From an uncultured Candidatus Saccharibacteria bacterium (GTDB lineage Bacteria; Patescibacteriota; Minisyncoccia; SW-4-49-11): a stretch of DNA of 64,000 nt. Numbering within the stretch: the first letter of the stretch is position 1; each line of letters begins with the position of its first letter. Below the pieces are notes generated by a model that worked only from the letters and a program-made list of their open reading frames with translations, did no database searches and was not told the origin of the DNA. The position numbers were made by a program, and so were the translations under genes. This document shows, piece by piece, positions 39,251 to 49,349 of the stretch. The stretch is taken from assembly GCA_964633865.1 (NCBI GenBank), contig CAZWIJ010000002.1:628-64627 (forward strand), read 5' to 3'.

Positions 39251-39754
39251 CTATTCAGCAATAGTTATGACTTTAGTTTTAAGCTCAGTAATAGCTTCTC
39301 TGATATCAAGAGCTTGTGCAGCTCTTTCAGACAATATTAATCCATCTGTACTTCTATCATTTATCCTTACCTTGATCATATGACTATTCTCAGGATTAAT
39401 AACTATAATCTCTGTGCCAAATGCCAAAGTGGGATGGGCTGCGGTGAAACTATTGGAATCAAAAAATTCACCACTTGCAGTTAGTTTCCCATTAAAGAAA
39501 GAATCACTCCATGAGGTAGAGATTAATATAATGTCACTTTCTATATTCTCATAATATGGATATTTTGAGACATTTTCTTTTTGTTCTGGCTTAAATAAAG
39601 CTCCAACAATATATATTGTAAAACCAGAAATAATAATTGCTAATACAAGATAACCCACATAGAAATATCTTGTATTTCTATTAATATAATTTTCTTGATT
39701 CTCTTGTTTTCTTTTCTCAAATTTTCTTCTTGATCTAGATCTTGATATTGACAT
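39251..39754 (-). CDS. RlpA-like DPBB domain protein, N-terminally anchored (paralog)
   Basis: GKLTASGEFFDSNSFTAAHPTLAFGTEIIVINPENSHMIKVRINDRSTDGLILSERAAQALDI. Confidence 0.65.
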   Translation of the reverse strand: MSISRSRSRRKFEKRKQENQENYINRNTRYFYVGYLVLAIIISGFTIYIVGALFKPEQKENVSKYPYYENIESDIILISTSWSDSFFNGKLTASGEFFDSNSFTAAHPTLAFGTEIIVINPENSHMIKVRINDRSTDGLILSERAAQALDIREAITELKTKVITIAE

Positions 39755-39784
39755 AAAAACTTGTTTTTTCTAATGTACAAAAAA

Positions 39785-39813
39785 ACTATATCATAATATA
39801 TTATTATTGTCAA
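39785..39813 (-). promoter_or_regulatory. Second copy of the same promoter/palindrome upstream of 39251-39754
   Basis: Minus strand TTGACA ataataatatattatga TATAGT. The 23-bp block tgtcaatattaattgactaaatt is identical to the first copy. Confidence 0.5.
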
Positions 39814-39839
39814 TATTAATTGACTAAATTTTAATAAAC

Positions 39840-39866
39840 AAAAAAGTGAGTATATATATACTCACA
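39840..39866 (-). terminator. Rho-independent terminator downstream of 39891-40232
   Basis: Perfect palindrome gtgagtata-ta-tatactcac. On the minus strand it is followed by TTTTTTG. Confidence 0.55.
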
Positions 39867-39890
39867 AATTAAAATTAAATTATTTTACCA

Positions 39891-40232
39891 CTATTCACCT
39901 GAAGGAGCACAAGTGGTTTTTAAGTGGAGAAAATTGTCTTCACCTGCCCCCACAATAGAAGGTGAAGAATTAAAGCAGGTGGGCTGATGAACCCAACCTG
40001 ATTTAAACTGTTCCAAAGTCCACCGAGCATAAAATCCTACTAAGTAGGGATTAGATAACAAAAGAAGAAAGAATAAACTATTCCAAACCTTAATTAAAAG
40101 ATACCAATTAATTTTTGGGAAAGAAATATTTGATTTTCTTTTTTTCTTAGCAATTTCTTTTTGCTCTTGCCCTTGGCTAAGGTTAACATTTTCTAAATTA
40201 TAAACTTCTCTTTCTTTTTCTTTAATGTTCAT
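39891..40232 (-). CDS. Hypothetical small membrane protein (113 aa); coding status uncertain
   Basis: Lys-rich N-terminus, one TM helix. The 3' third is unusually GC-rich with several inverted repeats. Confidence 0.3.
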   Translation of the reverse strand: MNIKEKEREVYNLENVNLSQGQEQKEIAKKKRKSNISFPKINWYLLIKVWNSLFFLLLLSNPYLVGFYARWTLEQFKSGWVHQPTCFNSSPSIVGAGEDNFLHLKTTCAPSGE

Positions 40233-40365
40233 ATTTTATCTCTACTAAGATAAATTTACATTCATAAGTATATCATATCTTTATAATTTTGTCAATATAT
40301 ATTTACAATTTTAAAAAGACTCTTTTCATTGAGTCTTTTTAAAATATATAGTTTTATACGATAGA

Positions 40366-41877
40366 CTACTCTTTATCTAAATCTTTTATAAATCTATATA
40401 ATGATCTCACTGTCTGTCCTGTTGCTCCGTTAGCTAAGATAGAGTTCTTTTTATTATTATAAGCAGAACCTGCTATGTCCAAATGAACCCAACTATAGGC
40501 TTTTGGAGATTTAATTTTTAGATTCTTATTCCTAAATAAAGTTTGATCTACAAAATGGCTCAAGAATAACCCAGCAGTAATATGTCCACCAACCATAGAA
40601 TCTTTGGAGGTGTTAATCAAATCAGAGATTTCTCCATTTACTTGATCTCTTAGAACTTCTGGCATAGGTACATAAATAGTCTTTTCTTGCTCATCTTTGA
40701 AAACTTTATCTAATTTATCTATCAGATCCTTATCATTACCCATCATAGCTGTAAAATGCTCTGTTATAGCTCTCACACAAGCTCCTGTTAATGTGGCTGT
40801 GTCTATAATATAATCTGGATCTTGTAATGTCGCATAAGCTAAAGCATCTGCCAATGTAAGTCTACCTTCAGCATCAGTATTCAAAACTTCAATGGTTTGT
40901 CCAGAATATGACTCTAGAATATCATCAGATTTATAAGCATTTCCTCCCACCATATTCTCTACAAAAGCAGATATCCAATGAATTTCTGTACTTTCCAAAT
41001 CAATCATAGATAAAGCCTTGATTGTCCCAAACATTGTCGCTGATCCTCCCATATCCATTTTCATTGACTTCATAAATCCACCAATTTTGATATCTAATCC
41101 TCCTGAATCATAGGTTAAACCTTTACCAACCAAAACAACTTTATGTTTTACTTTACCTGATGGTTTCAAAATAATATGTGCCAAAACTGGATTATGAGAA
41201 CTAGCTCTACCTACTGCTAGAATTGCATTCATACCCATTTTTTCTAAATTAGTTTTGTCTATTAGATTTATACTAATATTTTTATTATTACCAAGCTCAT
41301 CTTGAATAATTTGTTTTATACTTGTGGGATTTAAATTCTCAGGGATTTCTTCAATCAAAGTTCTTGTCAAAGTTACACCAGTATTTAGTGCTAATAACTC
41401 TTTTTGACCTTTCTCTGTAATTAAGTCTTTGTCTTCTTCTTTAATAAATATTTCTAATTCTTTAACTGTAGATTTTTCTGCTGTAATATATTTATCAAAA
41501 GACCAATTACCTTGAAGCATACCTAGTACAAATAAATTCAATGATTTTTTATCATCTTCCAATTCTAAATTTTTAATACCTGAAATTAAAAATTTTGTTA
41601 TATTGACTTTACTAAGAGATTTTATAACAAGAGCTCCTAATTCATAGAAATCAACTTTATTCCACTCATCATAAGACTTAATAGAATCTTTTTTTGTAAT
41701 TCCTACTAGAATAAGATTTGATTCTTGTAAAAACAGTATTTGTTTATAATGTCCTTTAAATTTATTTATAGAAGCTAATTTTTCATCTATAAATGAAGTG
41801 TAATTTTTATCATTCACAAAGATAACCTTTGTTATATTTTCATCATTTTTTTTCAATACTTGTATAATGTTTTTCAT
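40366..41877 (-). CDS. pepA: Leucyl aminopeptidase (M17 family)
   Basis: NTDAEGRLTLADALAYA and VGKGLTYDSGG motifs. Confidence 0.85.
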   Translation of the reverse strand: MKNIIQVLKKNDENITKVIFVNDKNYTSFIDEKLASINKFKGHYKQILFLQESNLILVGITKKDSIKSYDEWNKVDFYELGALVIKSLSKVNITKFLISGIKNLELEDDKKSLNLFVLGMLQGNWSFDKYITAEKSTVKELEIFIKEEDKDLITEKGQKELLALNTGVTLTRTLIEEIPENLNPTSIKQIIQDELGNNKNISINLIDKTNLEKMGMNAILAVGRASSHNPVLAHIILKPSGKVKHKVVLVGKGLTYDSGGLDIKIGGFMKSMKMDMGGSATMFGTIKALSMIDLESTEIHWISAFVENMVGGNAYKSDDILESYSGQTIEVLNTDAEGRLTLADALAYATLQDPDYIIDTATLTGACVRAITEHFTAMMGNDKDLIDKLDKVFKDEQEKTIYVPMPEVLRDQVNGEISDLINTSKDSMVGGHITAGLFLSHFVDQTLFRNKNLKIKSPKAYSWVHLDIAGSAYNNKKNSILANGATGQTVRSLYRFIKDLDKE

Positions 41878-41906
41878 ACAATTTATTTATTTAAATTAAT
41901 AATAAA

Positions 41907-43184
41907 TTACTTAAGAGAATCATAATCTCTTGTAATGATTTGTGAATCTATCTGTTTTCTAGTTTCCAAAATCACAGATACCACAATCAAAAGAGAAGTT
42001 CCTCCAATTGCCAGAGAACTATTTCCTGTAAATCCTGTTACAACAAAAGGTAATATTGCAATCAGACCTAAAAATATAGCTCCGAATAAAATTATTCTAT
42101 TTCCAACATATTTCAAATAATCTGCTGTCTTTTTACCAGGTCTAATTCCAGTAATAAATCCTCCTTGTCTTTGTAAATTCTCAGAAACTGAATCTGGTTC
42201 GAATACAATAAATGTGTACAGATAAGTAAATAATATAACCATAACAAAATACATAGCTGAATAAATTACTTGATTTTGAAACAAATCATTTATCAATGTT
42301 GCTGTCTGATTCAACCAAGCTATACTAAGATTAGATTGTAATACAAATCCAGCAATCATTTGAGGTAAAGACACAACAGATACTGCAAAGATAATAGGCA
42401 TAACTCCAGCTTGATTAACTTTCAGAGGTAAATATGTATCTACATGGTTTCTAGCTACAACTCCTCTTGAGCCTTTACTGTATGATATTGGGATATTTCT
42501 TTGACCTTCTGTTACAAATATTATTGCATAAATTACAGCTACCAATAAAACTAAATACACAAGATATAATGGGATATCTGACCTATCTGAGTTTAATATG
42601 AACTGATAAATTTGAGTTGGTAGACTAGAAACTATACCCGCAAAGATAAGTAAAGAAATACCATTTCCTATATTTTTCTCTGTAATAATTTCTCCTATCC
42701 ACATTAATAATACTGCTCCAGCTGTTATAACAGATATAACTGTAATTGTCTGTAAAGCATCCAAATCATTCAATATTCCTTGAGATTTAAATAAATTAAT
42801 CATTAATGTTGACTGAAATATAGCTAGAGGAACAGTTAACATTCTAGTATATTGATTAAACTTTTGTCTCCCAGCTTCCCCTTCTTCTTTATACAAATTA
42901 TGTAAGGTTGGAACTGCCATAGTTAATAATTGCATAACGATAGAAGCTGTAATATAGGGCCCAATTCCAAGTAAGACTATAGAAAAATTAGAAAATCCTC
43001 CTCCAGAGAATAGATCAAAGAATTGAAATATTTGATTTCCACTAGTAAAATTTCTTATAGTTTCAACATCTACACCAGGAACTGGTATTGATGCTAAGAA
43101 TCTATAAACAACTAAAAGACCAAGAACAAATAAAATTCTCTCTCTTAGCTCTTTTATTTGAAATATTTTTTGCCATCTATTCAT
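41907..43184 (-). CDS. secY: Preprotein translocase subunit SecY
   Basis: 10-TM topology. GIGPYITASIVMQLL. Sits at the end of the spc ribosomal operon. Confidence 0.9.
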   Translation of the reverse strand: MNRWQKIFQIKELRERILFVLGLLVVYRFLASIPVPGVDVETIRNFTSGNQIFQFFDLFSGGGFSNFSIVLLGIGPYITASIVMQLLTMAVPTLHNLYKEEGEAGRQKFNQYTRMLTVPLAIFQSTLMINLFKSQGILNDLDALQTITVISVITAGAVLLMWIGEIITEKNIGNGISLLIFAGIVSSLPTQIYQFILNSDRSDIPLYLVYLVLLVAVIYAIIFVTEGQRNIPISYSKGSRGVVARNHVDTYLPLKVNQAGVMPIIFAVSVVSLPQMIAGFVLQSNLSIAWLNQTATLINDLFQNQVIYSAMYFVMVILFTYLYTFIVFEPDSVSENLQRQGGFITGIRPGKKTADYLKYVGNRIILFGAIFLGLIAILPFVVTGFTGNSSLAIGGTSLLIVVSVILETRKQIDSQIITRDYDSLK

Positions 43185-43269
43185 ATTAGATCAATTATAT
43201 TATTACTTTTAAACAAAAATAACTATGTATTTTTAAAGAATATCATAGTTATTTCATATAGTAAGTTTT

Positions 43270-43707
43270 TTATAGAGAATATTTTTCTTGTACTGTTTTA
43301 GACAACTCTAAGTTTTCAAATACAAATTTATTTTTACTCTCTCCTTTTGCTAAAATTTTTACAATATTAACTCTTTTTTTGATCAAACCTCTTTCAATTA
43401 AAGATTCAATATTGACTGTCTCACCTTTACTAAATACTTTATCAATATCTTTGATATTCAATATAGTTGTATTATTTTTTTTAGTTAAATTAACAATATT
43501 TTTTTGTCCTCTCATGATATGAGTTGTTTGTGATCCTTGTCCCATCAATGTTGGAGCTCCTCCAGCAAATAAAGGTGATATATGTGCTCCTGATCTAGCT
43601 TTTTGACCTTTCATTCCTTTACCACTGTATGTACCTTTTTTACCTCCTCTACCTATTACTTTTCTAGATTTTAATGGAGTTTTAGGTTGTAAACTGTGAA
43701 TATCCAT
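43270..43707 (-). CDS. rplO: 50S ribosomal protein L15
   Basis: RGGKKGTYSGKGMKGQKARSG. Gly/Lys-rich N-terminus. Confidence 0.9.
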   Translation of the reverse strand: MDIHSLQPKTPLKSRKVIGRGGKKGTYSGKGMKGQKARSGAHISPLFAGGAPTLMGQGSQTTHIMRGQKNIVNLTKKNNTTILNIKDIDKVFSKGETVNIESLIERGLIKKRVNIVKILAKGESKNKFVFENLELSKTVQEKYSL

Positions 43708-43708
43708 A

Positions 43709-44161
43709 TTATTGTATACTTATTAAAGCTTTTATTGTCGCCTTAGCATTATTAATTTTATTATTACTTCCTAACATTTTTGAGGTAATATTTTGGATTC
43801 CAGCAAAGTCTACAACAGTTCTAATAGTTCCTCCAGCTACAATACCTTTTCCTTCTTTTGCCGGCTTTAATATAATTTTAGCACTACCAAATTTAGATGA
43901 CACATCTACTGGAATTGTTCCTTTAACTATATTAACTTTTATCATCTTTTTCTTAGCAGCATTTATAGCCTTATCTATTGCAATAGCAGTATCAGCTCCT
44001 TTCCCTGTGCCAACTCCTACTTTACCGTTTCTGTCTCCTATAACTACAGTTGCTCTAAATGAGAATCTTCTACCTCCAGACATAACTCTAGCTACTCTAG
44101 CTATATCTATGACCTTATGATCATACTCTTTTTTTTCAAATGGTTTTCGTTGTTTAATCAT
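43709..44161 (-). CDS. rpsE: 30S ribosomal protein S5
   Basis: Position between L18 and L15. VVVGDRNGKVGVGTGKG. No L30 gene follows. Confidence 0.9.
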   Translation of the reverse strand: MIKQRKPFEKKEYDHKVIDIARVARVMSGGRRFSFRATVVIGDRNGKVGVGTGKGADTAIAIDKAINAAKKKMIKVNIVKGTIPVDVSSKFGSAKIILKPAKEGKGIVAGGTIRTVVDFAGIQNITSKMLGSNNKINNAKATIKALISIQ

Positions 44162-44165
44162 AGAA

Positions 44166-44522
44166 TTATATTTTAAGACCTACTTCTCGAGCTCCTTCTG
44201 CTACAGCAGATACTCTACCTGTATATTTTCTTCCACCTCTATCAAATACCACTCTCTTTATATTGTTATCAAGAGCTTTTTGTCCTATTATTTTACCTAA
44301 TTCAAAAGCTGACTTTAAATTCACACTTTTTTCTTTAGTTAAGGATTTTGAGCTTATTCCTAATAAAGTATTTTGCTTTGAATCATCAATAATCTGACAA
44401 TACAAAGACATATTAGATTTACTAACTGATAGTCTAGGAACTGAACTTGTTCCAAATATTTTTCCTCTCACTCTAGATTTTCGTCTTGTAAGACGAATAC
44501 TCTTTTTTAATAATTCTTTCAT
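44166..44522 (-). CDS. rplR: 50S ribosomal protein L18
   Basis: RLSVSKSNMSLYCQIIDD...KRVVFDRGGRKYTGRVSAVAEGAREVG. Confidence 0.9.
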   Translation of the reverse strand: MKELLKKSIRLTRRKSRVRGKIFGTSSVPRLSVSKSNMSLYCQIIDDSKQNTLLGISSKSLTKEKSVNLKSAFELGKIIGQKALDNNIKRVVFDRGGRKYTGRVSAVAEGAREVGLKI

Positions 44523-44558
44523 AAATTAATTTAATAAGTTAAATTTTTACTTATAATA

Positions 44559-45098
44559 TTAAGAACCTGCCTTCTTACCTACTTTCATTCTTACTACTTC
44601 ATCGTTATAACGAACACCTTTACCTTTATAAGGTTCTGGCTCTCTTTTTGATCTAATATCTGCTGATACTTGACCTACTAATTCTTTATCAATACCTGAT
44701 ACAGATATAATATTTTTTTCTACAGATAATGTTATTCCTTCAGGTGCTACAAAATCAATTGGATGAGAATAACCTAAATGTAACAAAATACCTTTTCCTT
44801 GCATTGCAACTTTATAACCAACTCCCTCTATTCTTAATTTTTTTTCAAATCCTTCAGATACTCCAATAATCATATTTTGTATCAAAGATCTATATAATCC
44901 CCAATAAGCACTGATATTTTTGATATCATTTGAAGATGGAGTTACAAAAAGTTCTGTATCAGTAACTTCTACCAAAATTGGATGATTAATAGTTCTAGAT
45001 AAAGAACCTTTTTTCCCTACAACAGTAATTATAGAATCTTTATATTCTACTTTTACTCCCTCTGGAATTATAATTGATTTTTTTCCTACTCTAGACAT
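44559..45098 (-). CDS. rplF: 50S ribosomal protein L6
   Basis: MSRVGKKSIIIPEGVKV... Confidence 0.9.
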   Translation of the reverse strand: MSRVGKKSIIIPEGVKVEYKDSIITVVGKKGSLSRTINHPILVEVTDTELFVTPSSNDIKNISAYWGLYRSLIQNMIIGVSEGFEKKLRIEGVGYKVAMQGKGILLHLGYSHPIDFVAPEGITLSVEKNIISVSGIDKELVGQVSADIRSKREPEPYKGKGVRYNDEVVRMKVGKKAGS

Positions 45099-45124
45099 AA
45101 TATTTAGTTAATACCATTATTTTA

Positions 45125-45505
45125 TTACCAAACTCTAAAAAGAATTTCTCCACCCAGTTTGGATTTCTTTGCTGTTTTGGAATCTAATATTCCTTGAGAA
45201 GTGGAAACAAACACAAACCCTTTACCATATTTATAGTTAACATCTAAATCTTGAGATTTAACATAAATTCTTTGTCCAGGCTTACTAACTCTATCAATAG
45301 CTTTTATACCATCTTTTTTTAAAGTTATCAATATAGAATCAAATGATTCTCCTTTTATTTTTTTAACTCCTGATACGAACTTGTTTGTTTTTAATAGCTT
45401 AGCAATCTCAAATTTTATATTAGAGTAAGGCATCAAAACCTCTCTATTATTAACAATTTGAGCATTTCTAATTCTTGTAAGCATATCTGAAATAGGATCT
45501 GTCAT
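45125..45505 (-). CDS. rpsH: 30S ribosomal protein S8
   Basis: MTDPISDMLTRIRNA. Confidence 0.9.
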   Translation of the reverse strand: MTDPISDMLTRIRNAQIVNNREVLMPYSNIKFEIAKLLKTNKFVSGVKKIKGESFDSILITLKKDGIKAIDRVSKPGQRIYVKSQDLDVNYKYGKGFVFVSTSQGILDSKTAKKSKLGGEILFRVW

Positions 45506-45520
45506 ATATTTAAAATTAAA

Positions 45521-45706
45521 TTACCAACTTGATTTTTTTACACCTGGAATAACTCCATTAGAGACCATTTCTCTAAAACAAATTCTACAGACACCGAAAT
45601 CTCTTATGTACCCTCTGTGTCTACCACACTCAAAACATCTGTTAACCTTTCTAGTGGAAAACTTTTGCTTCTTTTTAGATTTTGCAATTTGTGCTTCTGT
45701 TGCCAT
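45521..45706 (-). CDS. rpsZ: 30S ribosomal protein S14, zinc-binding type Z (61 aa)
   Basis: [23 protein letters not shown] with a C-x2-C...C-x2-C zinc module. Confidence 0.9.
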   Translation of the reverse strand: MATEAQIAKSKKKQKFSTRKVNRCFECGRHRGYIRDFGVCRICFREMVSNGVIPGVKKSSW

Positions 45707-45712
45707 AATATT

Positions 45713-46264
45713 TTATACTAATTGATTACTCTTAAATGGGAATCCCAATCCTCTTAATAATACTTCTGATTTTTTCTTATCAGAATTTGAAACGGTAATA
45801 TTAATTTGCATACCAAAGTTTATTCCTAATTCATCATTAGATAATTCTGGAAATATTATTTGCTCTTTAATACCAAAGTTTACATTACCTTTATCATCAA
45901 TTTTAGTAATTTCTATTCCTTGAAAATCTCTTGTTCTTGGTAATGAAATAGATACTAATCTATCTAAAAATTCATACATTCTATCTTTTCTCAAAGTCAC
46001 TTTAAGAGCAATAACCATACCCTCTCTTGTTTTAAACTGAGCAATAGAAGATTTAGCTTTTACAGATATCGGTTGTTGTGATGCTATTGTAGATAAAACT
46101 GATTTAACTTTTTCAAATTTATTAGCATCTCTAAAATTTTTACCAGTACCAACATTCAAAGTAATTTTGGTGATTTTTGGTAAAGCATGTATATTACTAA
46201 CTCCAAATTTTTTTGATAACTTAGGAGATAGTGATTCTTTATATAACTGTTTTAATCTAGACAT
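45713..46264 (-). CDS. rplE: 50S ribosomal protein L5
   Basis: Position and length. Conserved central region. Confidence 0.9.
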   Translation of the reverse strand: MSRLKQLYKESLSPKLSKKFGVSNIHALPKITKITLNVGTGKNFRDANKFEKVKSVLSTIASQQPISVKAKSSIAQFKTREGMVIALKVTLRKDRMYEFLDRLVSISLPRTRDFQGIEITKIDDKGNVNFGIKEQIIFPELSNDELGINFGMQINITVSNSDKKKSEVLLRGLGFPFKSNQLV

Positions 46265-46267
46265 ATT

Positions 46268-46573
46268 TTATAACTCTTTATTCAACTTATAACTATATCT
46301 AACCTTCTTATTATCAACAATTTTATAAGAAACCTTAGTTTCTTTAGATGATTCCACATCAAAGAAAACCACATTAGATACATCTATCTTGGCAGATTTT
46401 TCAATAATTCTACCTTTTTCACCTTGTTGTTTAGGTTTTACATGCTTTTTCACTAACTGAACTCCCTCTACCATAAGTTTATTTTCCATAGGAAAACATC
46501 TCAAGACTTTACCTGTCTTTCCCTTATCTTTACCAGCTATAACCTTAACTATATCATTTTGCTTAATTTTCAT
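46268..46573 (-). CDS. rplX: 50S ribosomal protein L24
   Basis: MKIKQNDIVKVIAGKDKGKTGKV (KOW motif). Confidence 0.9.
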   Translation of the reverse strand: MKIKQNDIVKVIAGKDKGKTGKVLRCFPMENKLMVEGVQLVKKHVKPKQQGEKGRIIEKSAKIDVSNVVFFDVESSKETKVSYKIVDNKKVRYSYKLNKEL

Positions 46574-46590
46574 AATAAAAACATTATTAT

Positions 46591-46959
46591 CTATAAAACT
46601 TCTGGAGCTAAAGATATAATTTTCATATATCCTTTCTCTCTAATTTCTCTTGCTATAGGACCAAACACACGAGTTCCAATAGGCTCTTTATTATTATTTA
46701 TAATAACAGCTGAATTTTCATCAAATCGAATATAAGAACCATCTTGTCTCCTAATTTCTTTTGTTTGCCTAACAATAACAGCTTTAACAACTTCTCCTTT
46801 TTTTACAGAAGATCTTGGCTCTGCACTTTTTACAGAAGCGACTATAATGTCACCTACTTTAGCATATCTTTTTCTAGTACCTCCTAAAACGCCAAAGCAT
46901 TCTATTAATTTTGCTCCTGAGTTATCAGCTACTTTTAACTTGGTCTCTTTTTGAATCAT
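46591..46959 (-). CDS. rplN: 50S ribosomal protein L14
   Basis: [17 protein letters not shown]. Confidence 0.9.
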   Translation of the reverse strand: MIQKETKLKVADNSGAKLIECFGVLGGTRKRYAKVGDIIVASVKSAEPRSSVKKGEVVKAVIVRQTKEIRRQDGSYIRFDENSAVIINNNKEPIGTRVFGPIAREIREKGYMKIISLAPEVL

Positions 46960-46970
46960 AATATTTAATA

Positions 46971-47216
46971 CTAAATTTTATTAACTACAACCCATCTCTT
47001 TGTCTTAGAAAGTGGTCTTGATTCTTTTATAACTACCTTATCTCCTAATTTATAAACATTATCTGAATTATGTGCTTTATATTTTTTCACAGAATTGATT
47101 CTCTTCTTATAAATTGGATGAGATTTTGCTTTTGTAACAGCAACTACAACAGTTTTATCCATTTTATCAGATACAATTATACCTGTTACTTCTCTGCTTG
47201 ATTTTAATTGACTCAT
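46971..47216 (-). CDS. rpsQ: 30S ribosomal protein S17
   Basis: [16 protein letters not shown]. Confidence 0.9.
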   Translation of the reverse strand: MSQLKSSREVTGIIVSDKMDKTVVVAVTKAKSHPIYKKRINSVKKYKAHNSDNVYKLGDKVVIKESRPLSKTKRWVVVNKI

Positions 47217-47229
47217 ATAAATATAAACT

Positions 47230-47418
47230 TTAAAAATTCTCTCTTAAAACTGTGTTTATTCTAGCAACATCTTTCTTTAAGTTTTTTGAGCTCCTTAATT
47301 CAGATTTAATAGATGGATCTTTCGACATGAAAGTAGCTTTTCCTATCTCTACTTTAAGTTCATCTAATTTTTTTAATAACTCTTTCTGAGTCATATTCTT
47401 GTATGATAATTGCTTCAT
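47230..47418 (-). CDS. rpmC: 50S ribosomal protein L29
   Basis: 62 aa. ELLKKLDELKVE. Lies between L16 and S17. Confidence 0.85.
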   Translation of the reverse strand: MKQLSYKNMTQKELLKKLDELKVEIGKATFMSKDPSIKSELRSSKNLKKDVARINTVLRENF

Positions 47419-47503
47419 AAATAAGTTTAAAAATTATTATTTTACTATAACTATAATGAATAGTATATATTATAATAAACACTAAGTCAAGTACAAATGT
47501 CTA

Positions 47504-47926
47504 TTATATCTCTTTTTTGATAAATTTAGTTCTAACTGGTAGCTTATCACCTGCTCTTTTTAAAGCCTCTTTTGCTATTTCTTCAGTTACACCTGATATT
47601 TCAAATAGAACTTTTCCTGATTTTAGATTCACTATATAATGATCTACTGCTCCTTTTCCTTTTCCCATACCGACTTCTGCACTTTTTGCAGTAACTGGTT
47701 TATGAGGAAAAACCCTAACCCATATTTTACCTCCTCTAGAGGTATATCTTGAAATAGCTCTTCTAGCTGACTCAATTTGTCTTGCAGTAATCCATTTGGC
47801 ATCTAATGATTGTAATCCATATTCTCCAAAAGAAACTGTAACTCCTCTTGTTGCTACTGTTAGTTTGTGAGAAGGTTTCCCTTTGTGAGCTTTTTTATGC
47901 TTAGTCTTTCTTGGTGCTAATAACAT
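47504..47926 (-). CDS. rplP: 50S ribosomal protein L16
   Basis: MLLAPRKTKHKKAHKGK. Confidence 0.9.
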   Translation of the reverse strand: MLLAPRKTKHKKAHKGKPSHKLTVATRGVTVSFGEYGLQSLDAKWITARQIESARRAISRYTSRGGKIWVRVFPHKPVTAKSAEVGMGKGKGAVDHYIVNLKSGKVLFEISGVTEEIAKEALKRAGDKLPVRTKFIKKEI

Positions 47927-47935
47927 ATTTTTAAA

Positions 47936-48595
47936 TTATCTTAATGTATTCTTATTACCTTGAAGAATATCTCCTTTATATATCCAAACTTTCACTCCAA
48001 CTGTGCCATATTTTGTATGAGCAGTTTTTTTAGAAAAGTCAATGTTTGCTCTTAATGTAGCTAGAGGTATTTTTCCTTTTGTCAAATATTCTGATCTTGA
48101 CATCTCTGCCCCATCAAGTCTACCAGACAACATAACTTTAATACCCTTAACACTATTAGATTCAAAAACACTCGTAATAGTCTGTTTCAAAACTCTCCTA
48201 AAAGGAATCCTTTTTTCTACTTGCCCAACAATGTTTTCTGCTACAATTGAAGCATCTTCATTAGGTTTCTTAACTTCTTCTACGGTTATTCTTAGTTCAG
48301 TTCCTGAACCAATAATTTTTTTCAAATTTTTCTTTAATAACTCTACCCCAGAACCTCCCTTTCCTATAACTATACCCGCTTTAGATGTGTTTATAATAAC
48401 ATTAATCAATTTAGGTTGTCTTTCTATACCAAAAGAACTTATGCCTAATTTAGGTAATTGCTTATTTAGATATCTTCTAATTTTTGCATCACTAATTAGA
48501 TTAATTTTCATTGTTTTTCTATCACCAAACCAACGAGATGTCCAATCTTGTGTTATTCCTAATCTATATAAGTTTGCTTGAATCTTATTTCCCAT
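47936..48595 (-). CDS. rpsC: 30S ribosomal protein S3
   Basis: MGNKIQANLYRLGITQDWTSRWF. KH domain. Confidence 0.9.
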   Translation of the reverse strand: MGNKIQANLYRLGITQDWTSRWFGDRKTMKINLISDAKIRRYLNKQLPKLGISSFGIERQPKLINVIINTSKAGIVIGKGGSGVELLKKNLKKIIGSGTELRITVEEVKKPNEDASIVAENIVGQVEKRIPFRRVLKQTITSVFESNSVKGIKVMLSGRLDGAEMSRSEYLTKGKIPLATLRANIDFSKKTAHTKYGTVGVKVWIYKGDILQGNKNTLR

Positions 48596-48606
48596 AAAAA
48601 TATTTA

Positions 48607-49068
48607 TTATTTACCAATATTATTATTGGTCTTGTCTACTTTTTTAGATGATTTCTTTAAAGTAACTTTAGTATCTGATTTTTTTGAAACAGAAGAGTCT
48701 TTTTCAGACTTTAAAGATTCTCTTTTCTTCACAGATTCTAATAAAGAAAGTGTCATAACTATGTGAGAAGTTCTTTTTCGAATTGTATAAGCTCTACCAA
48801 AAGCTCTAGGCCTAAATCTTTTTAAAACTGCACCACCATTAACATATATTTCTGATACTTTTAATTGTGATGCTAATATATTTTGTGTATTCTGAGCATT
48901 AGCTATAGCTGACTTTAAAAGACCATAAATTGGTGTGGCTGATTTTTTATTCAAAACTTCCAAAATGCCTTGAGCTTGTTTTACTGATTTACCTCTAATT
49001 GTATCAGCTACTAGTCTTACTTTTCTAGGACTAGTTCTAAAGTTATTTAATGATACTTTAAATTCCAT
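48607..49068 (-). CDS. rplV: 50S ribosomal protein L22 (Lys-rich C-terminal extension)
   Basis: RTSPRKVRLVADTIRGK. Confidence 0.9.
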   Translation of the reverse strand: MEFKVSLNNFRTSPRKVRLVADTIRGKSVKQAQGILEVLNKKSATPIYGLLKSAIANAQNTQNILASQLKVSEIYVNGGAVLKRFRPRAFGRAYTIRKRTSHIVMTLSLLESVKKRESLKSEKDSSVSKKSDTKVTLKKSSKKVDKTNNNIGK

Positions 49069-49083
49069 ATTAAAAACGATTAA

Positions 49084-49338
49084 TTATTTCTTTGCATGAG
49101 CAACAAATTTTCTTGTAGGAGCAAACTCACCCAACTTATGACCAACCATATCTTCTTGAATATAGACTGGAACATGTGTTCTCCCATTATGCACAGAAAA
49201 TGTATACCCTACCATCTCAGGACTTATTGTACTATGTCTAGCCCAAGTTTTAATAGGATCTCCTCCTGCTTTTCCTTTGGAAACTTTGACAAGTAATTTT
49301 TCATCTATAAATGGTCCTTTTTTAAGACTTCTTGACAT
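49084..49338 (-). CDS. rpsS: 30S ribosomal protein S19
   Basis: [12 protein letters not shown]...GRTHVPVYI...[11 protein letters not shown]. Confidence 0.9.
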   Translation of the reverse strand: MSRSLKKGPFIDEKLLVKVSKGKAGGDPIKTWARHSTISPEMVGYTFSVHNGRTHVPVYIQEDMVGHKLGEFAPTRKFVAHAKK

Positions 49339-49349
49339 ATTAAATTAAA

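Noticed and set aside
39150-39383. 77-aa plus-strand ORF spanning the promoter region of the RlpA-like gene and its neighbour's 3' end
   Set aside because: Overlaps a well-supported minus-strand gene and promoter. No motif.
47419-47503. 85-bp gap between rpmC and rplP, considered as a possible small RNA
   Set aside because: Purely AT-rich with no hairpin. Most simply an internal promoter or spacer.
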